This document shows, in pieces, positions 20,040-30,261 of a stretch of 64,000 bases of DNA. Every line of letters starts with the position of its first letter. The stretch's first letter is position 1. The notes beneath the pieces are model-generated. The model was not told where the DNA came from and ran no database searches. It saw only the letters and a program-made list of their open reading frames with translations. The position numbers and the translations under genes were made by a program. This stretch comes from Gammaproteobacteria bacterium (GTDB lineage: Bacteria > Pseudomonadota > Gammaproteobacteria > UBA4575): assembly GCA_965221955.1 (NCBI GenBank), contig CBDCTA010000018.1, forward strand, positions 128,001 to 192,000. Direction: 5' to 3'.

Positions 20040-21194
20040 TTAGATATTACTATTTTCAACAAGTTTGGAAAATTTATACCCATACCATGCGCGTTGTATA
20101 GCAAATAAAATGGAATATACTGGCACCAAAAGTACTCTTCTAGGTTTATAATAGAAATCTGTCAATTCAACCATACAGCCTCTTCTTAATTTCGCATCTA
20201 AAACTCCCGCACCATACCAGACTAAGTTTAAATTTGAGTTCACAGCATCAGCTAGTAAGTTGTAATATGCCAAATTAAAATAGGTAAAATTATTATTGTC
20301 CGCTTTATGGTCAACACCAACTTTCCACGCTCTTGCAGAATCACCTTTTTTTAGCAGTATAGCTACACCGATTATTTTTTCTTCTTTTATAGCGAGGTAC
20401 ACTATGCAACTGTCTTTAAGTTTGAATTTAAGTTCAGACAAGCTTTCAGGTGTAATTGTAGTTTTAATACTATTTCTTTCATTAAAATGCTCTTCTATTA
20501 ATTCAGCAACGTCTTGAGCATTTTCACCATCCCATCCTTGTATTGTTATGCCCGATTTACGAAATCTATTTATTTCCTTTTTTGCGCTTTTATAATAGCT
20601 TTTATTAATGCTTTGAAGATTTTTTAGATAAGAAGCTTCATCATGCCAATTGATATTTATTTTTGCCTCAGGCAAACCATAAGCATGACAATATTTACGT
20701 CGTTTTAATTCGTTGCTTAAGGTCTGTTGAACTGACAATAGCCTTGAAAACCCTATTGAACTTTTATGATCCAACGCATAATTCTCCATAACATCTAACA
20801 TACGACGTACCCATAATTTTTGATCCTCACCAGGGCGCACAAAAACAGGTGCACCATGCCCAACTAATCCGCATATCAAAGCCGGCCGAAGAGAATTTTT
20901 AAAAACAAACAATCTTTCAAGTAAACGCCCAAATATTGAGCCTTCAACTCCAAATTTTGAATCTTTGTGGATAAATAACGCTATAGATATAGCTTGCAAA
21001 CATTCATTATCATCACGTAGCAAAAAATATCTCGCCTTGTCTGAATGCAGTGAATTTGTTTCTGAAAATTTCAAAACTTCATGGCTAACTGAAATAGTGT
21101 CAGAAATAATTTGATTCCATTCCTCAAAGCTTACGTCATCAATTGAGCTAACAACTATAGAACGATACGCATTCTTACTCATTACTCTCACCAA
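20040..21194 (-). CDS. GNAT/FemAB-like acyltransferase-fold protein
   Basis: SIDDVSFEEWN, AKKEINRFRKSGI, FTYFNLAYY and AKLRRGC. Confidence 0.7.
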   Translation of the reverse strand: MVRVMSKNAYRSIVVSSIDDVSFEEWNQIISDTISVSHEVLKFSETNSLHSDKARYFLLRDDNECLQAISIALFIHKDSKFGVEGSIFGRLLERLFVFKNSLRPALICGLVGHGAPVFVRPGEDQKLWVRRMLDVMENYALDHKSSIGFSRLLSVQQTLSNELKRRKYCHAYGLPEAKININWHDEASYLKNLQSINKSYYKSAKKEINRFRKSGITIQGWDGENAQDVAELIEEHFNERNSIKTTITPESLSELKFKLKDSCIVYLAIKEEKIIGVAILLKKGDSARAWKVGVDHKADNNNFTYFNLAYYNLLADAVNSNLNLVWYGAGVLDAKLRRGCMVELTDFYYKPRRVLLVPVYSILFAIQRAWYGYKFSKLVENSNI

Positions 21195-21262
21195 AAGTAA
21201 TGAAATTTAATTGCACTGAACATAAAGAAAATAACATTTGCTTTTTTATTGTTTTTAAAAAT

Positions 21263-22387
21263 TTAAATATAAGATGAAAATTTTCGCTGATACCATAATT
21301 TCTGAATTAAAAATAAAATTTTTAAAAAAGGTCTCCAAAATAAATTTCTTGGTTTATAAAAATAATGTGTGAAATTAATTTCACACCCTCTACGTCTTTT
21401 CGCATTCAGAACACCATTTCCATAGTAAAATTTTTCTAAATTAAATGCAGGGGCTATAGACAACATATAATAGAAATTCAAATTGAAGTAGGTGCAACTA
21501 TCTTTATCTAAATCATGATTAATTCCGATCTTCCAACAAAATGCGGTTTTATCCCCCTTCAATAAAATAAATACTCCAATAACTTTATTCTCCTTATGCG
21601 CTACATAAATATGACACGACTCTTGAATATCATTTTTTATTACGGAAAGAAAATTTGAAGGTAATTCAAACTGGTGTTTATTTTTTCTAAAATGATGGTC
21701 TTTTAAAAGATTGTATATCGTTTGCTCACCGTTACCATCCCATTCATTTATTGCAATTCCTGATTTACGAAATCTATTAATCTCTTTTTTGGCACATTTA
21801 TAATAATTTTTACTAATACCACGAAGCACCTTAAGGTATGAGTCCTGGTCTTCCCAAGTGATTCTAATTATTGCTTCTGGTATACATAGTGCGTGTGAAT
21901 AGTTACGTCTTTCAAGTTCCTGCAAAAGTTGTTCTTGTTCTTCTAGAAGGTGAGAAAATCCTACGGATAAACGATGTTGGTTTGCATATTTCTCCATAGC
22001 ATCTAATAAACTTGATGCCCATTTAGAATACTCTCCGTCAACACAAACAGCAAAAGGTGCGCCTGGAGCTCGAATCGAACCGCATAACAACACGGGCCGA
22101 AATATTTTTTTGAGCATTGGAAAGTAATTTGCAAATCTTCCAAAAATTAGGCTTTCATAGCCAGATTCTGATTTACCTTCAACAAGCAACCCCACAGCAA
22201 CGGCTTGCAGGTTTCTATCTTCATCAAATAATAAAAAATATCGAAGTTTTTTCTTATAAGTATTACTAGCCTCATAACACCTCAGTACTGCATGTCGAAT
22301 AGCTACAGAGTTTCCAACAACTTCATCCCAATCTTTGGGCGCAATATCTTGAATAGTTTCGAGTACTTCAAAATTAGAAGACATCAA
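21263..22387 (-). CDS. GNAT/FemAB-like acyltransferase-fold protein (tandem paralog)
   Basis: TIQDIAPKDWD, AKKEINRFRKSGI, TYFNLNFYY and AKRRRGC. Confidence 0.7.
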   Translation of the reverse strand: MMSSNFEVLETIQDIAPKDWDEVVGNSVAIRHAVLRCYEASNTYKKKLRYFLLFDEDRNLQAVAVGLLVEGKSESGYESLIFGRFANYFPMLKKIFRPVLLCGSIRAPGAPFAVCVDGEYSKWASSLLDAMEKYANQHRLSVGFSHLLEEQEQLLQELERRNYSHALCIPEAIIRITWEDQDSYLKVLRGISKNYYKCAKKEINRFRKSGIAINEWDGNGEQTIYNLLKDHHFRKNKHQFELPSNFLSVIKNDIQESCHIYVAHKENKVIGVFILLKGDKTAFCWKIGINHDLDKDSCTYFNLNFYYMLSIAPAFNLEKFYYGNGVLNAKRRRGCEINFTHYFYKPRNLFWRPFLKILFLIQKLWYQRKFSSYI

Positions 22388-22389
22388 AA

Positions 22390-23670
22390 TTAGACTTCCT
22401 CACATACTTTAACAAAGATTTGATACTTACCTGATGAAGTGCGTGAAATACTTTCAACTTCACGGAAACTTATTGACATAGTTGTACCAGTTATATATTT
22501 CAATTTCTGAATAGTAGGCTCAAAACTATATGTCTTTTGTATTTTATTTTTTTGAGGCACAAATATAATTTCCAGACAATCATTTGCTACTTGCACAATT
22601 TGATACATGCTGATTACAACATTAGATTCTATTTCAGTTGTGAGAAGATAGGGCGAAACTCGCCTACCATTTGGGAGTTGAATCATGTCTATTTCGCGAC
22701 CAGAAATAGATTTAAGCACTGGAGATCGCCTTCCACATTTACAAACTATATCTTCAAGCTTGCCAAAATCACCAATTTGATATCGTATTAGCGGCATTGC
22801 CTTATTTGCCAAGCTTGTTAACAAAGCACATTGTTCATATTGGGTGCTGTGAACATCATGACTTTCGACCCAAATGGATTCAAAATTTAAATGATAATTC
22901 TCTTCTGCACATTGCCAAGCTATTTCTTTAAATTCCGTGCTGCCATAAATATCACACACATGTGCGCCAAAATGTTTTTTAATCTTATTCTTAAGAGCTG
23001 GTCGTAATACTTCAGAACTGGTAAAGATTATTGAAAATTTTGGAAACTCAATGTCATGAGCTTCATAGTAATTTATCAATTCATCAAAATAAGAAGGAAA
23101 ACCATATACAGCGTCAACACTAGCATCATTTAAATAATGCAAATTATCCTTAATAGGATTGTGAATTGACAACATAGTTTTCTTATAAAAAAGATCACTG
23201 AACGGCAAAGATTTAGAAGATCGTATCTCTCCATCACTGAGCTCACTAATAATCACAACATGTTTAAATAAACCTACCTTGCTAGCTGTCATTCTTCTTA
23301 TCTTTAAAGCAAACTTCGTCATCATCCAACAATCCTCATCAAAGTAAGTTGTTGTTGGTTGACCCGTACTTCCTGAAGTTCTAGAACAATATAAATTGCT
23401 CTTTTTGAATTCAGTTGAAATCAAATCATCGCCAAGTTCTTGCACCATTGATTTTGTTAAAATAGGGAAACGTTTTAGATCATCAATCGAAACAATAGTT
23501 TTTGGATCTATATTCAATGACCTATAGTAAGGAACATGAATTGCTGCATATCGAAGTATGTAGACGAGTTTTTTTGCTTGGTAATTTTTTATTTTAGATC
23601 GATTCCACCATTGACTTCGCTGCAACCTTGCCAGCTTCCAACCAACTTTTAACGTGTCACCAAACTTCAT
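22390..23670 (-). CDS. CapK/phenylacetate-CoA ligase-like adenylate-forming enzyme
   Basis: HVPYY, RTSGSTG, DIYGSTE, MPLIRYQIGD and SGKYQ. Confidence 0.85.
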   Translation of the reverse strand: MKFGDTLKVGWKLARLQRSQWWNRSKIKNYQAKKLVYILRYAAIHVPYYRSLNIDPKTIVSIDDLKRFPILTKSMVQELGDDLISTEFKKSNLYCSRTSGSTGQPTTTYFDEDCWMMTKFALKIRRMTASKVGLFKHVVIISELSDGEIRSSKSLPFSDLFYKKTMLSIHNPIKDNLHYLNDASVDAVYGFPSYFDELINYYEAHDIEFPKFSIIFTSSEVLRPALKNKIKKHFGAHVCDIYGSTEFKEIAWQCAEENYHLNFESIWVESHDVHSTQYEQCALLTSLANKAMPLIRYQIGDFGKLEDIVCKCGRRSPVLKSISGREIDMIQLPNGRRVSPYLLTTEIESNVVISMYQIVQVANDCLEIIFVPQKNKIQKTYSFEPTIQKLKYITGTTMSISFREVESISRTSSGKYQIFVKVCEEV

Positions 23671-23672
23671 TC

Positions 23673-24845
23673 TTAAGAGCCAAGACCAAAATCATCGCTG
23701 CTATCAAAACTAACAGTGCACTTGCTTAAATATTCGGAAGCTATGTGCTCCCAAGTAAACTTATCTATAATTTTAGATCTATTATTTTCAGAAAATTTTG
23801 AACGTAAATTTACATCTACACACATGGTATTTATTGCCGAAGATAGTGCATCAATATCTCCAGGTGGAAACAAAATTCCGTTAATATTATCTTCCACAAG
23901 CTCAGGGATCCCGCCCACATCACTTGCGATTATAGGCAAGCCACTAGCCATTGCTTCTAGCAAAGTCATGCTGAAAGATTCTGTTAATGCGGTATGGATA
24001 AGGAAATCTGCTTTGGAATAATAATCAGCCAGCTGCTCAGATATGCCTTGCCCAATAAATTTTACTTGCTTATGGACCCCCAACTGCTCAGCTAGTTTTA
24101 ATAAGTACTTTTCATCAGGCCCCGAACCGACAACCCAAAGAGTTAAGTTCGATATTTGAGACTGTTTAAGAGCATGTAAAATGTAATTTATACCTTTCCG
24201 TTTAACGAGTCGTGCTACACAAAGCGCATTTATTACATTATTTTGGTTATTTTGGTTATCACCTGGCCTAAATTTCGTATGGCACACTCCATTAGTAATT
24301 ACCGAAATAGGGATATTTGGAAATGACTCTAATGCAAGCGAGCGCAAGCTTGCACTATTAGCAATAACCTTATATGCATTTTTTAGAATACGATTCGTTA
24401 TAGGCATTATGCAACGATGAATAAAGTTTACTAACCTTGCCTCTTGATCATAATTAGGGACATCTGAGCCACGCAGACAAACAATATATGGAGAATTCGT
24501 TTTTATTTGCCAATAAAATGATAATAATCCTGTAGGTACTGCAAAAAAGAAAATTGCATAATGATATTTTTTTAACTTGATTAACTCACGAAGCTTAAAT
24601 GAAGCTGAAACCAAATATGAGAATGCCCCAAACAAACCTGCTTCATGTGGCCCTTTTCGAATACTCATTACCCGATAAACAGTCACACCATGAATATTCT
24701 CAACTTTGGGTTGCCCAGAAATACGGCAAGTAAGCACATCAACACTATGATTATTATTTACAAACCGCTTTGCTAAATTGTAGCTAGCAGAACTCGCCCC
24801 TCCTCCAACAGGAGGAAATTCGTAATTTAATATAAGGATATTCAT
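23673..24845 (-). CDS. Glycosyltransferase family 4
   Basis: NYEFPPVGGG, LRGSDV, VARLVKRKG and ESFSMTLLEAMASGLPIIASDVGGIPE. Confidence 0.9.
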   Translation of the reverse strand: MNILILNYEFPPVGGGASSASYNLAKRFVNNNHSVDVLTCRISGQPKVENIHGVTVYRVMSIRKGPHEAGLFGAFSYLVSASFKLRELIKLKKYHYAIFFFAVPTGLLSFYWQIKTNSPYIVCLRGSDVPNYDQEARLVNFIHRCIMPITNRILKNAYKVIANSASLRSLALESFPNIPISVITNGVCHTKFRPGDNQNNQNNVINALCVARLVKRKGINYILHALKQSQISNLTLWVVGSGPDEKYLLKLAEQLGVHKQVKFIGQGISEQLADYYSKADFLIHTALTESFSMTLLEAMASGLPIIASDVGGIPELVEDNINGILFPPGDIDALSSAINTMCVDVNLRSKFSENNRSKIIDKFTWEHIASEYLSKCTVSFDSSDDFGLGS

Positions 24846-24871
24846 TTAAATTATAGATAATTAGGTTTGCA

Positions 24872-25570
24872 CTAAGCATTTTTCTCCAACACCAAAGATC
24901 TAAACCTTGGTGTATTTTGGCAGTCAATATATTTTTTTAAGCGAAAATCTATCGACCTCCAACCTGCAAACCCTAAAAGCAACCTCAATTCTATTTCTTT
25001 TGCGCCAAGCCTTGCCTTAAATCGACGCGTCGACCGGTTGAATGCAAGACTAATACTGTAGCAACGATGCTTTCCGTTTTTTGCAAGTTCAGAATATTGT
25101 TGATACCTAAGCAAAGGAGCCAAACGATAACCACGAAATTCACGAGAAATAAATGCATCAAAAAGATAAGCTTCATCTGCTTCCAGCTCTACCAAATACT
25201 CTTTTGAATTTGGAATAGGTAGAAAATCATCCCTACTCCAAGTAGTACCCGCTAAACGATCCTCCACAAACAAACCCAAACAATTATGCTTTCTAATTTG
25301 ACTTGTAATTTTTTCAGCAGAACGTTTAATAATATTGATCTCAATAATTGAATTTACGTCCTCTTCTCTAAGCTGTCGTATTTTAAAATCAGGAGCATCA
25401 CTATAATTTGGAACAGTTTGCTCCCCCAGACCTTCCGCAACAATAAAATATGGATAAACCATTATCCTAAAACGTCGAAGTAATAAATCGATCACTTCCT
25501 GCATAGCTAATCCATAGCGAAAACGCTCACGAACTCGCGAAAAAATTGTGCGTTTAGATTGAATATTCAT
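24872..25570 (-). CDS. GNAT-family N-acetyltransferase-like protein
   Basis: EAYLFDAFISREFRGYRLA (acyl-CoA-binding motif A) and FNRSTRRFKARLG. Confidence 0.7.
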   Translation of the reverse strand: MNIQSKRTIFSRVRERFRYGLAMQEVIDLLLRRFRIMVYPYFIVAEGLGEQTVPNYSDAPDFKIRQLREEDVNSIIEINIIKRSAEKITSQIRKHNCLGLFVEDRLAGTTWSRDDFLPIPNSKEYLVELEADEAYLFDAFISREFRGYRLAPLLRYQQYSELAKNGKHRCYSISLAFNRSTRRFKARLGAKEIELRLLLGFAGWRSIDFRLKKYIDCQNTPRFRSLVLEKNA

Positions 25571-25580
25571 TATTATTTAC

Positions 25581-26837
25581 TCAAGAGATCGAAAGTAATT
25601 TACAGTTATCACACAAAAGATTCCGACCACAGTTTATGCGCCAACATCTGACATCATGGTCATACATCAACGCAATACGTGCTAAATAATCTCCACAAGA
25701 TGCTTTTAATAGGACTAAATCTTCTGGCAATAATATATCTTTTAAGTAATTAGCGAGCTCTTCAACAGTTGAAAAAGCGCGTAGCGTTTTGTCATCAGGT
25801 ATTTTTTTTACTTGAATAGCTGAACTAGCATGCATCCCTACAAAATACACGTGGTCCGCAGCCTCTAGTGCTGCATTACAAACTTTACGGTACTTACTGC
25901 TACTTGTTCCCGAATAGTCTGATATCGTCCCTATTACAATAACCTTGCGCTTTGCTCTTGAATTTTTAATAAACTTAATTGACTCGAAGATTGACCAATA
26001 CGGCGCTTTCCAATCGTCTCTAATAAAAGTAATTCCTGATGAAGTTTCATAGGGCATCATGCGCGCTAAAAAAGGTGTAAATTTTTTAGCTGAATTCACC
26101 AATTCTGACAACGAAATACCATTTATTAAACCAACTGCTAATGCTGCTAATACGGAATGAACCAAATGTTCGCCACATAGTTGTGTAACACATACTATTG
26201 TTTCATTTTGATATCTTAGAGTTAAAGATAAATGCTCAGGCCAACTGTTTCGAACACTCACAACCTGAAGATCACAGTCTGAATGATATCCAAAAGTAAA
26301 TATTTTACAGTTTATTGAAGACATCATCTCTATCACATAATCATCATCAGCGTTCAATACTGCCACACCATTTTCTGGCAGACCCTGAATAAGCTTAATC
26401 TTTTCTTTAGCCACATACTCCCTACCTCGGAAAGCTTTGTAATGCTCTGTGCCTATGTTTAATACAACACCAATGTTAGGTCGAAATAATTTAACTGAAT
26501 CAGTTAAATCTTCTTCGTGAGAAATACCAAGTTCTTGTACACATAATTTAGCTTTTCTTGGTGTACTTAAGATTGTCCTAGCTACAGAATATATTTGATT
26601 ATTTGAATCTTCACTTTTGTGCGTTTGAAATGAGTTAGATAATAACAAGTGCACAAGCTCTTTAGTTGTCGTCTTACCAGAACTACCCGTGATTCCTATG
26701 AACCGCACATGATCTAATCTCGTACGGTATAGTCGTGACAGCTTTATTATTGGTTTTTTATAGAATTTTTTTGCAAAGTGTTTTGCATCAGTGACAAAAA
26801 AATCCGCAACACGCTGATTTATAGTTATGGGTTTCAT
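25581..26837 (-). CDS. Divergent MurF-like Mur ligase with C-terminal Cys cluster
   Basis: IGITGSSGKTTTKE P-loop, VQELG, NIGTEH, VLNADD and VLLKAS; C-terminus CWRINCGRNLLCDNC. Confidence 0.8.
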   Translation of the reverse strand: MKPITINQRVADFFVTDAKHFAKKFYKKPIIKLSRLYRTRLDHVRFIGITGSSGKTTTKELVHLLLSNSFQTHKSEDSNNQIYSVARTILSTPRKAKLCVQELGISHEEDLTDSVKLFRPNIGVVLNIGTEHYKAFRGREYVAKEKIKLIQGLPENGVAVLNADDDYVIEMMSSINCKIFTFGYHSDCDLQVVSVRNSWPEHLSLTLRYQNETIVCVTQLCGEHLVHSVLAALAVGLINGISLSELVNSAKKFTPFLARMMPYETSSGITFIRDDWKAPYWSIFESIKFIKNSRAKRKVIVIGTISDYSGTSSSKYRKVCNAALEAADHVYFVGMHASSAIQVKKIPDDKTLRAFSTVEELANYLKDILLPEDLVLLKASCGDYLARIALMYDHDVRCWRINCGRNLLCDNCKLLSIS

Positions 26838-27387
26838 AAATTCTTAATGACTGTTTCAAGATATAAGTGTGAAACCCAAACTCCGACAATTAGGCTTGTA
26901 ATCAATAACTAGATACAGTTTTTTTGCGAAGCTTTATAGTTTTCATTACTTCATACGCCCTTGCTTTTATATCCTATTTATCCAAACCATGACATGAAGA
27001 GGTTCACAACCACACATATCTTAACTACTAACATCAGTCAGTTATTGACTTAAGAAATTGAGACTAAAGATTGATCTGAAATGTTAAGCAACTATTTAAA
27101 AGAAAATTAAACATGACTTTTATTAAGGTTAATATTCAATTTTTTATTCTTGAAAAAACTTGTATTTAGTACAAACTGAGTCATAACTGAATAGTCACCT
27201 AAAGCCACATCTCATACAAATAAATGATTTGATTACCAATTTTGTAAAAATAAGCAATCAAAATTAGTAGTTAAGTTTACTCATATGGTTGTTTATAATC
27301 CGCAAGAAGAAAATGCCTTAAAAGGCACATTCATAATAAAAATATTCAAAATAATAACTAGATTCATTTTTTAGAGAGGCGCAATTC

Positions 27388-27981
27388 ATGAATCCTTTAA
27401 ATTCTATTCTCGGTACAATTATTACTGGCTTTATTCTTGCCATTCTAATTGCTTTGGCATACGACCCAAATGCACTGCATTCATGGTCACTCGTAGTATG
27501 GTTCCATGTATTAGCAGGCGTTGTGTGGATCGGCTTACTTTACTACTTTAATTTCGTGCAAGTGCCTGCAATGAACGAAGCTACTGCAGATAGTAGTGGC
27601 CCTGGCCCTGCCGCAATTGGAAAATATGTTGCGCCACGAGCATTGGCATGGTTCCGTTGGGGTGCTTTAGTGACCTGGTTAACAGGAGCAGCAGCACTAG
27701 AGTATGTCGGCGGATTTACGACACACTTTTTTGCTACTGAAGGGGTGACAGTAATTGGTATCGGTGCATGGTTAGGTACCATCATGTTGCTAAATGTTTG
27801 GGGATTAATTTGGCCCAACCAGAAAAAAGTACTTGGTATTAAACAAGCAAGCGATGATGAAAAGGCAAAAGCTAAAAAAATTGCCTTCATCGCATCTCGT
27901 ACAAATACTCTGCTTTCAATTCCAATGTTAGCTTGCATGGTTGCTTGGGGACATGGTGGAAACGCTGGGCTATTTTTCTAG
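27388..27981 (+). CDS. PuuD/Urate_ox_N-like membrane protein (no cytochrome c domain)
   Basis: WFHVLAGVVWIGLLYYFNFVQ, WFRWGALVTWLTG, NVWGLIWPNQKK and SRTNT; no CxxCH. Confidence 0.75.
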   Translation: MNPLNSILGTIITGFILAILIALAYDPNALHSWSLVVWFHVLAGVVWIGLLYYFNFVQVPAMNEATADSSGPGPAAIGKYVAPRALAWFRWGALVTWLTGAAALEYVGGFTTHFFATEGVTVIGIGAWLGTIMLLNVWGLIWPNQKKVLGIKQASDDEKAKAKKIAFIASRTNTLLSIPMLACMVAWGHGGNAGLFF

Positions 27982-28142
27982 AGCGAGCTCTTAGCAACAA
28001 AAATCTATTAATTACCCAGCCCTAACTATACTAGGTGCTGGGCCTGCTTTGCTTATTTTTTAAGCAGCAGTATAATCCCGCTCTCGGCAGCTTTTATGGC
28101 TGCCGTTTTTATTTATATGATCCTAGAAAGTAAGCAGATAAA

Positions 28143-29327
28143 ATGGCTGCAAATGAAAACTACTTAATGAGCACATATGCACGCAAACCTGTAACCTTTT
28201 CTAAAGGCGAAGGCGTGTGGCTGATCTCAGATAAACAAGAAAAGTATTTAGATGCTTTAGCAGGCATTGCTGTATGTGGTTTGGGGCATGCCCACCCAGA
28301 AGTTACTCAAGCGATTGCTGAACAAGCCGCAACCCTTACACATACTTCAAATATTTATCACATCGAGCTACAAGAACAATTAGGCCGCAAACTATGTAAA
28401 TTGTCTGGCTTGGATGCTGCATTTTTTGGAAACTCAGGAGCAGAAGCCAATGAAGCCGCAATTAAACTTGCGCGAGTCTATGGACATCATAAAGGGATCG
28501 ATGAACCTGCCATAATAGTTATGGAAAATAGTTTTCATGGCCGCACTATGGCGACCCTTACGGCAACAGGAAATAGAAAAGCACATGCAGGTTTTGAACC
28601 ATTAGTGCCTGGCTTTGTTAGAGCATCTTATAATGATATAGAAGCTGTAAAAACTATCTTAAAAAACAATGCTAATGTTTCTGCGATTTTGCTCGAACCT
28701 ATTCAAGGGGAAGGCGGCATCAATATACTTGCACCAACCTATCTTCCCGATTTAAAAACCTTATGTGAACAACATGAAGTTTTGCTAATGCTAGACGAAG
28801 TACAAACGGGCAATGGTCGAACGGGAAAATGGTTTTGTTTTCAACACAGTACGATTCAACCAGATGTGCTAGTAACAGCCAAAGGTCTTGGTAATGGTGT
28901 ACCCATCGGTGTATGTCTAGCTACAAAACAGGTAGCAGATTTATTTGCGCCTGGCTCGCATGGCTCTACTTTTGGTGGTAACCCTTTAGCCTGTCGTGCT
29001 GCGCTTGCAACACTTGATGTGATCGAAAAAAATAATTTACTTACCAATGCAAATGAAATTGGAAATTACATTGTCGATGAACTAAAAAATAAACTTTCAG
29101 CTAATAACCAGGTTAAAGAAGTACGTGGTAAAGGCTTGATGATTGGTATTGAGATGAATACACCTTGCACTGAATTAGTAGATAGCTGTTTAAATAGAAA
29201 ATTACTTATCAATGTAACCGCAGAACGAGTAATTAGATTATTACCTCCATTAATTTTTGACAAATCTAATGCTGATATATTGATAGAAACTCTAGTTAGC
29301 TGTATCACAGAGTTCACGACACACTAA
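28143..29327 (+). CDS. argD: Acetylornithine aminotransferase
   Basis: [32 protein letters not shown] and [10 protein letters not shown]; adjacent to argF. Confidence 0.93.
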   Translation: MAANENYLMSTYARKPVTFSKGEGVWLISDKQEKYLDALAGIAVCGLGHAHPEVTQAIAEQAATLTHTSNIYHIELQEQLGRKLCKLSGLDAAFFGNSGAEANEAAIKLARVYGHHKGIDEPAIIVMENSFHGRTMATLTATGNRKAHAGFEPLVPGFVRASYNDIEAVKTILKNNANVSAILLEPIQGEGGINILAPTYLPDLKTLCEQHEVLLMLDEVQTGNGRTGKWFCFQHSTIQPDVLVTAKGLGNGVPIGVCLATKQVADLFAPGSHGSTFGGNPLACRAALATLDVIEKNNLLTNANEIGNYIVDELKNKLSANNQVKEVRGKGLMIGIEMNTPCTELVDSCLNRKLLINVTAERVIRLLPPLIFDKSNADILIETLVSCITEFTTH

Positions 29328-29346
29328 CTTAATATTAAAATTTAAC

Positions 29347-30249
29347 ATGAGCACTCGTCATTTTTTAACCTTACTAGATTTCAGTCCGGATGAATTACGA
29401 GCGATCCTTGCGCGCGCTTCAGAACTGAAAGAAATACTGAAAAATGGTAAGTCTCACACACCTTTACAAAACAAAACCTTGGCAATGATTTTTGATAAGT
29501 CTTCAACTCGCACACGTGTCTCCTTTGAAACTGGTATGACACAGCTTGGTGGACATGCATTATTTCTTTCGCCTAGAGATACACAATTAGGCCGCGGCGA
29601 ACCCATCGAGGATAGTGCAAGAGTATTGTCACGTATGGTCGATGGCGTAATGATTAGAACCTTTGAACACCAAAGTATAGAAAAATTTGCCGCACATTCT
29701 TCAGTACCTGTTATCAATGGGCTCACCGATTTATATCACCCCTGTCAATTGCTCGCTGATATGCAAACTTGGTTTGAGTATCGCGGAGATATAAAAGGTG
29801 CAACTGTAGCTTGGATTGGTGATGGCAATAATATGTGCCATTCATATATTAATGCTGCAAAGCAATTAGATTTTCAACTCAATATTGCTTGCCCACAGGC
29901 CTACAGCCCTAAACCAGACATTGTTGCGCAAGCTAAAGAGAAAGTGTTAATCACTCATGATGCTAATCAAGCAGCTGAAAATGCTGATCTCATTGTCACC
30001 GACGTATGGGCCAGCATGGGACAAGAAGAAGAACAAAATGAACGCCAAAAAGTGTTCCAAGCCTTTCAAGTAAACAGCGAACTACTTGCTCATGCTAATA
30101 AAGATGCATTATTTATGCACTGTCTACCCGCCCACCGCGAGGAAGAAGTGACTGCAGAGGTATTAGAAAGCAAACAGAGCGTAGTTTGGGATGAAGCAGA
30201 AAATCGATTACATGCACAAAAAGCATTGATCGAAAATTTACTAAGTTAA
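29347..30249 (+). CDS. argF: Ornithine carbamoyltransferase
   Basis: [25 protein letters not shown] and FMHCLPAHR. Confidence 0.96.
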   Translation: MSTRHFLTLLDFSPDELRAILARASELKEILKNGKSHTPLQNKTLAMIFDKSSTRTRVSFETGMTQLGGHALFLSPRDTQLGRGEPIEDSARVLSRMVDGVMIRTFEHQSIEKFAAHSSVPVINGLTDLYHPCQLLADMQTWFEYRGDIKGATVAWIGDGNNMCHSYINAAKQLDFQLNIACPQAYSPKPDIVAQAKEKVLITHDANQAAENADLIVTDVWASMGQEEEQNERQKVFQAFQVNSELLAHANKDALFMHCLPAHREEEVTAEVLESKQSVVWDEAENRLHAQKALIENLLS

Positions 30250-30261
30250 AACATATATTTT

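Larger units (their letters stand above)
11863..26837. other. Surface polysaccharide biosynthesis/modification island
   Basis: Wzx, GT4 and many amide/acyl ligases between housekeeping genes; visibly more AT-rich than the flanks (not computed); no mobility genes seen. Confidence 0.75.

Noticed and set aside
11863-26837. Lasso peptide/RiPP interpretation of the AsnB + ATP-grasp + GNAT genes
   Set aside because: The AsnB keeps its N-terminal glutaminase Cys, no precursor peptide, PqqD/RRE or B2 protease gene is visible, and Wzx plus GT4 point to a glycan.
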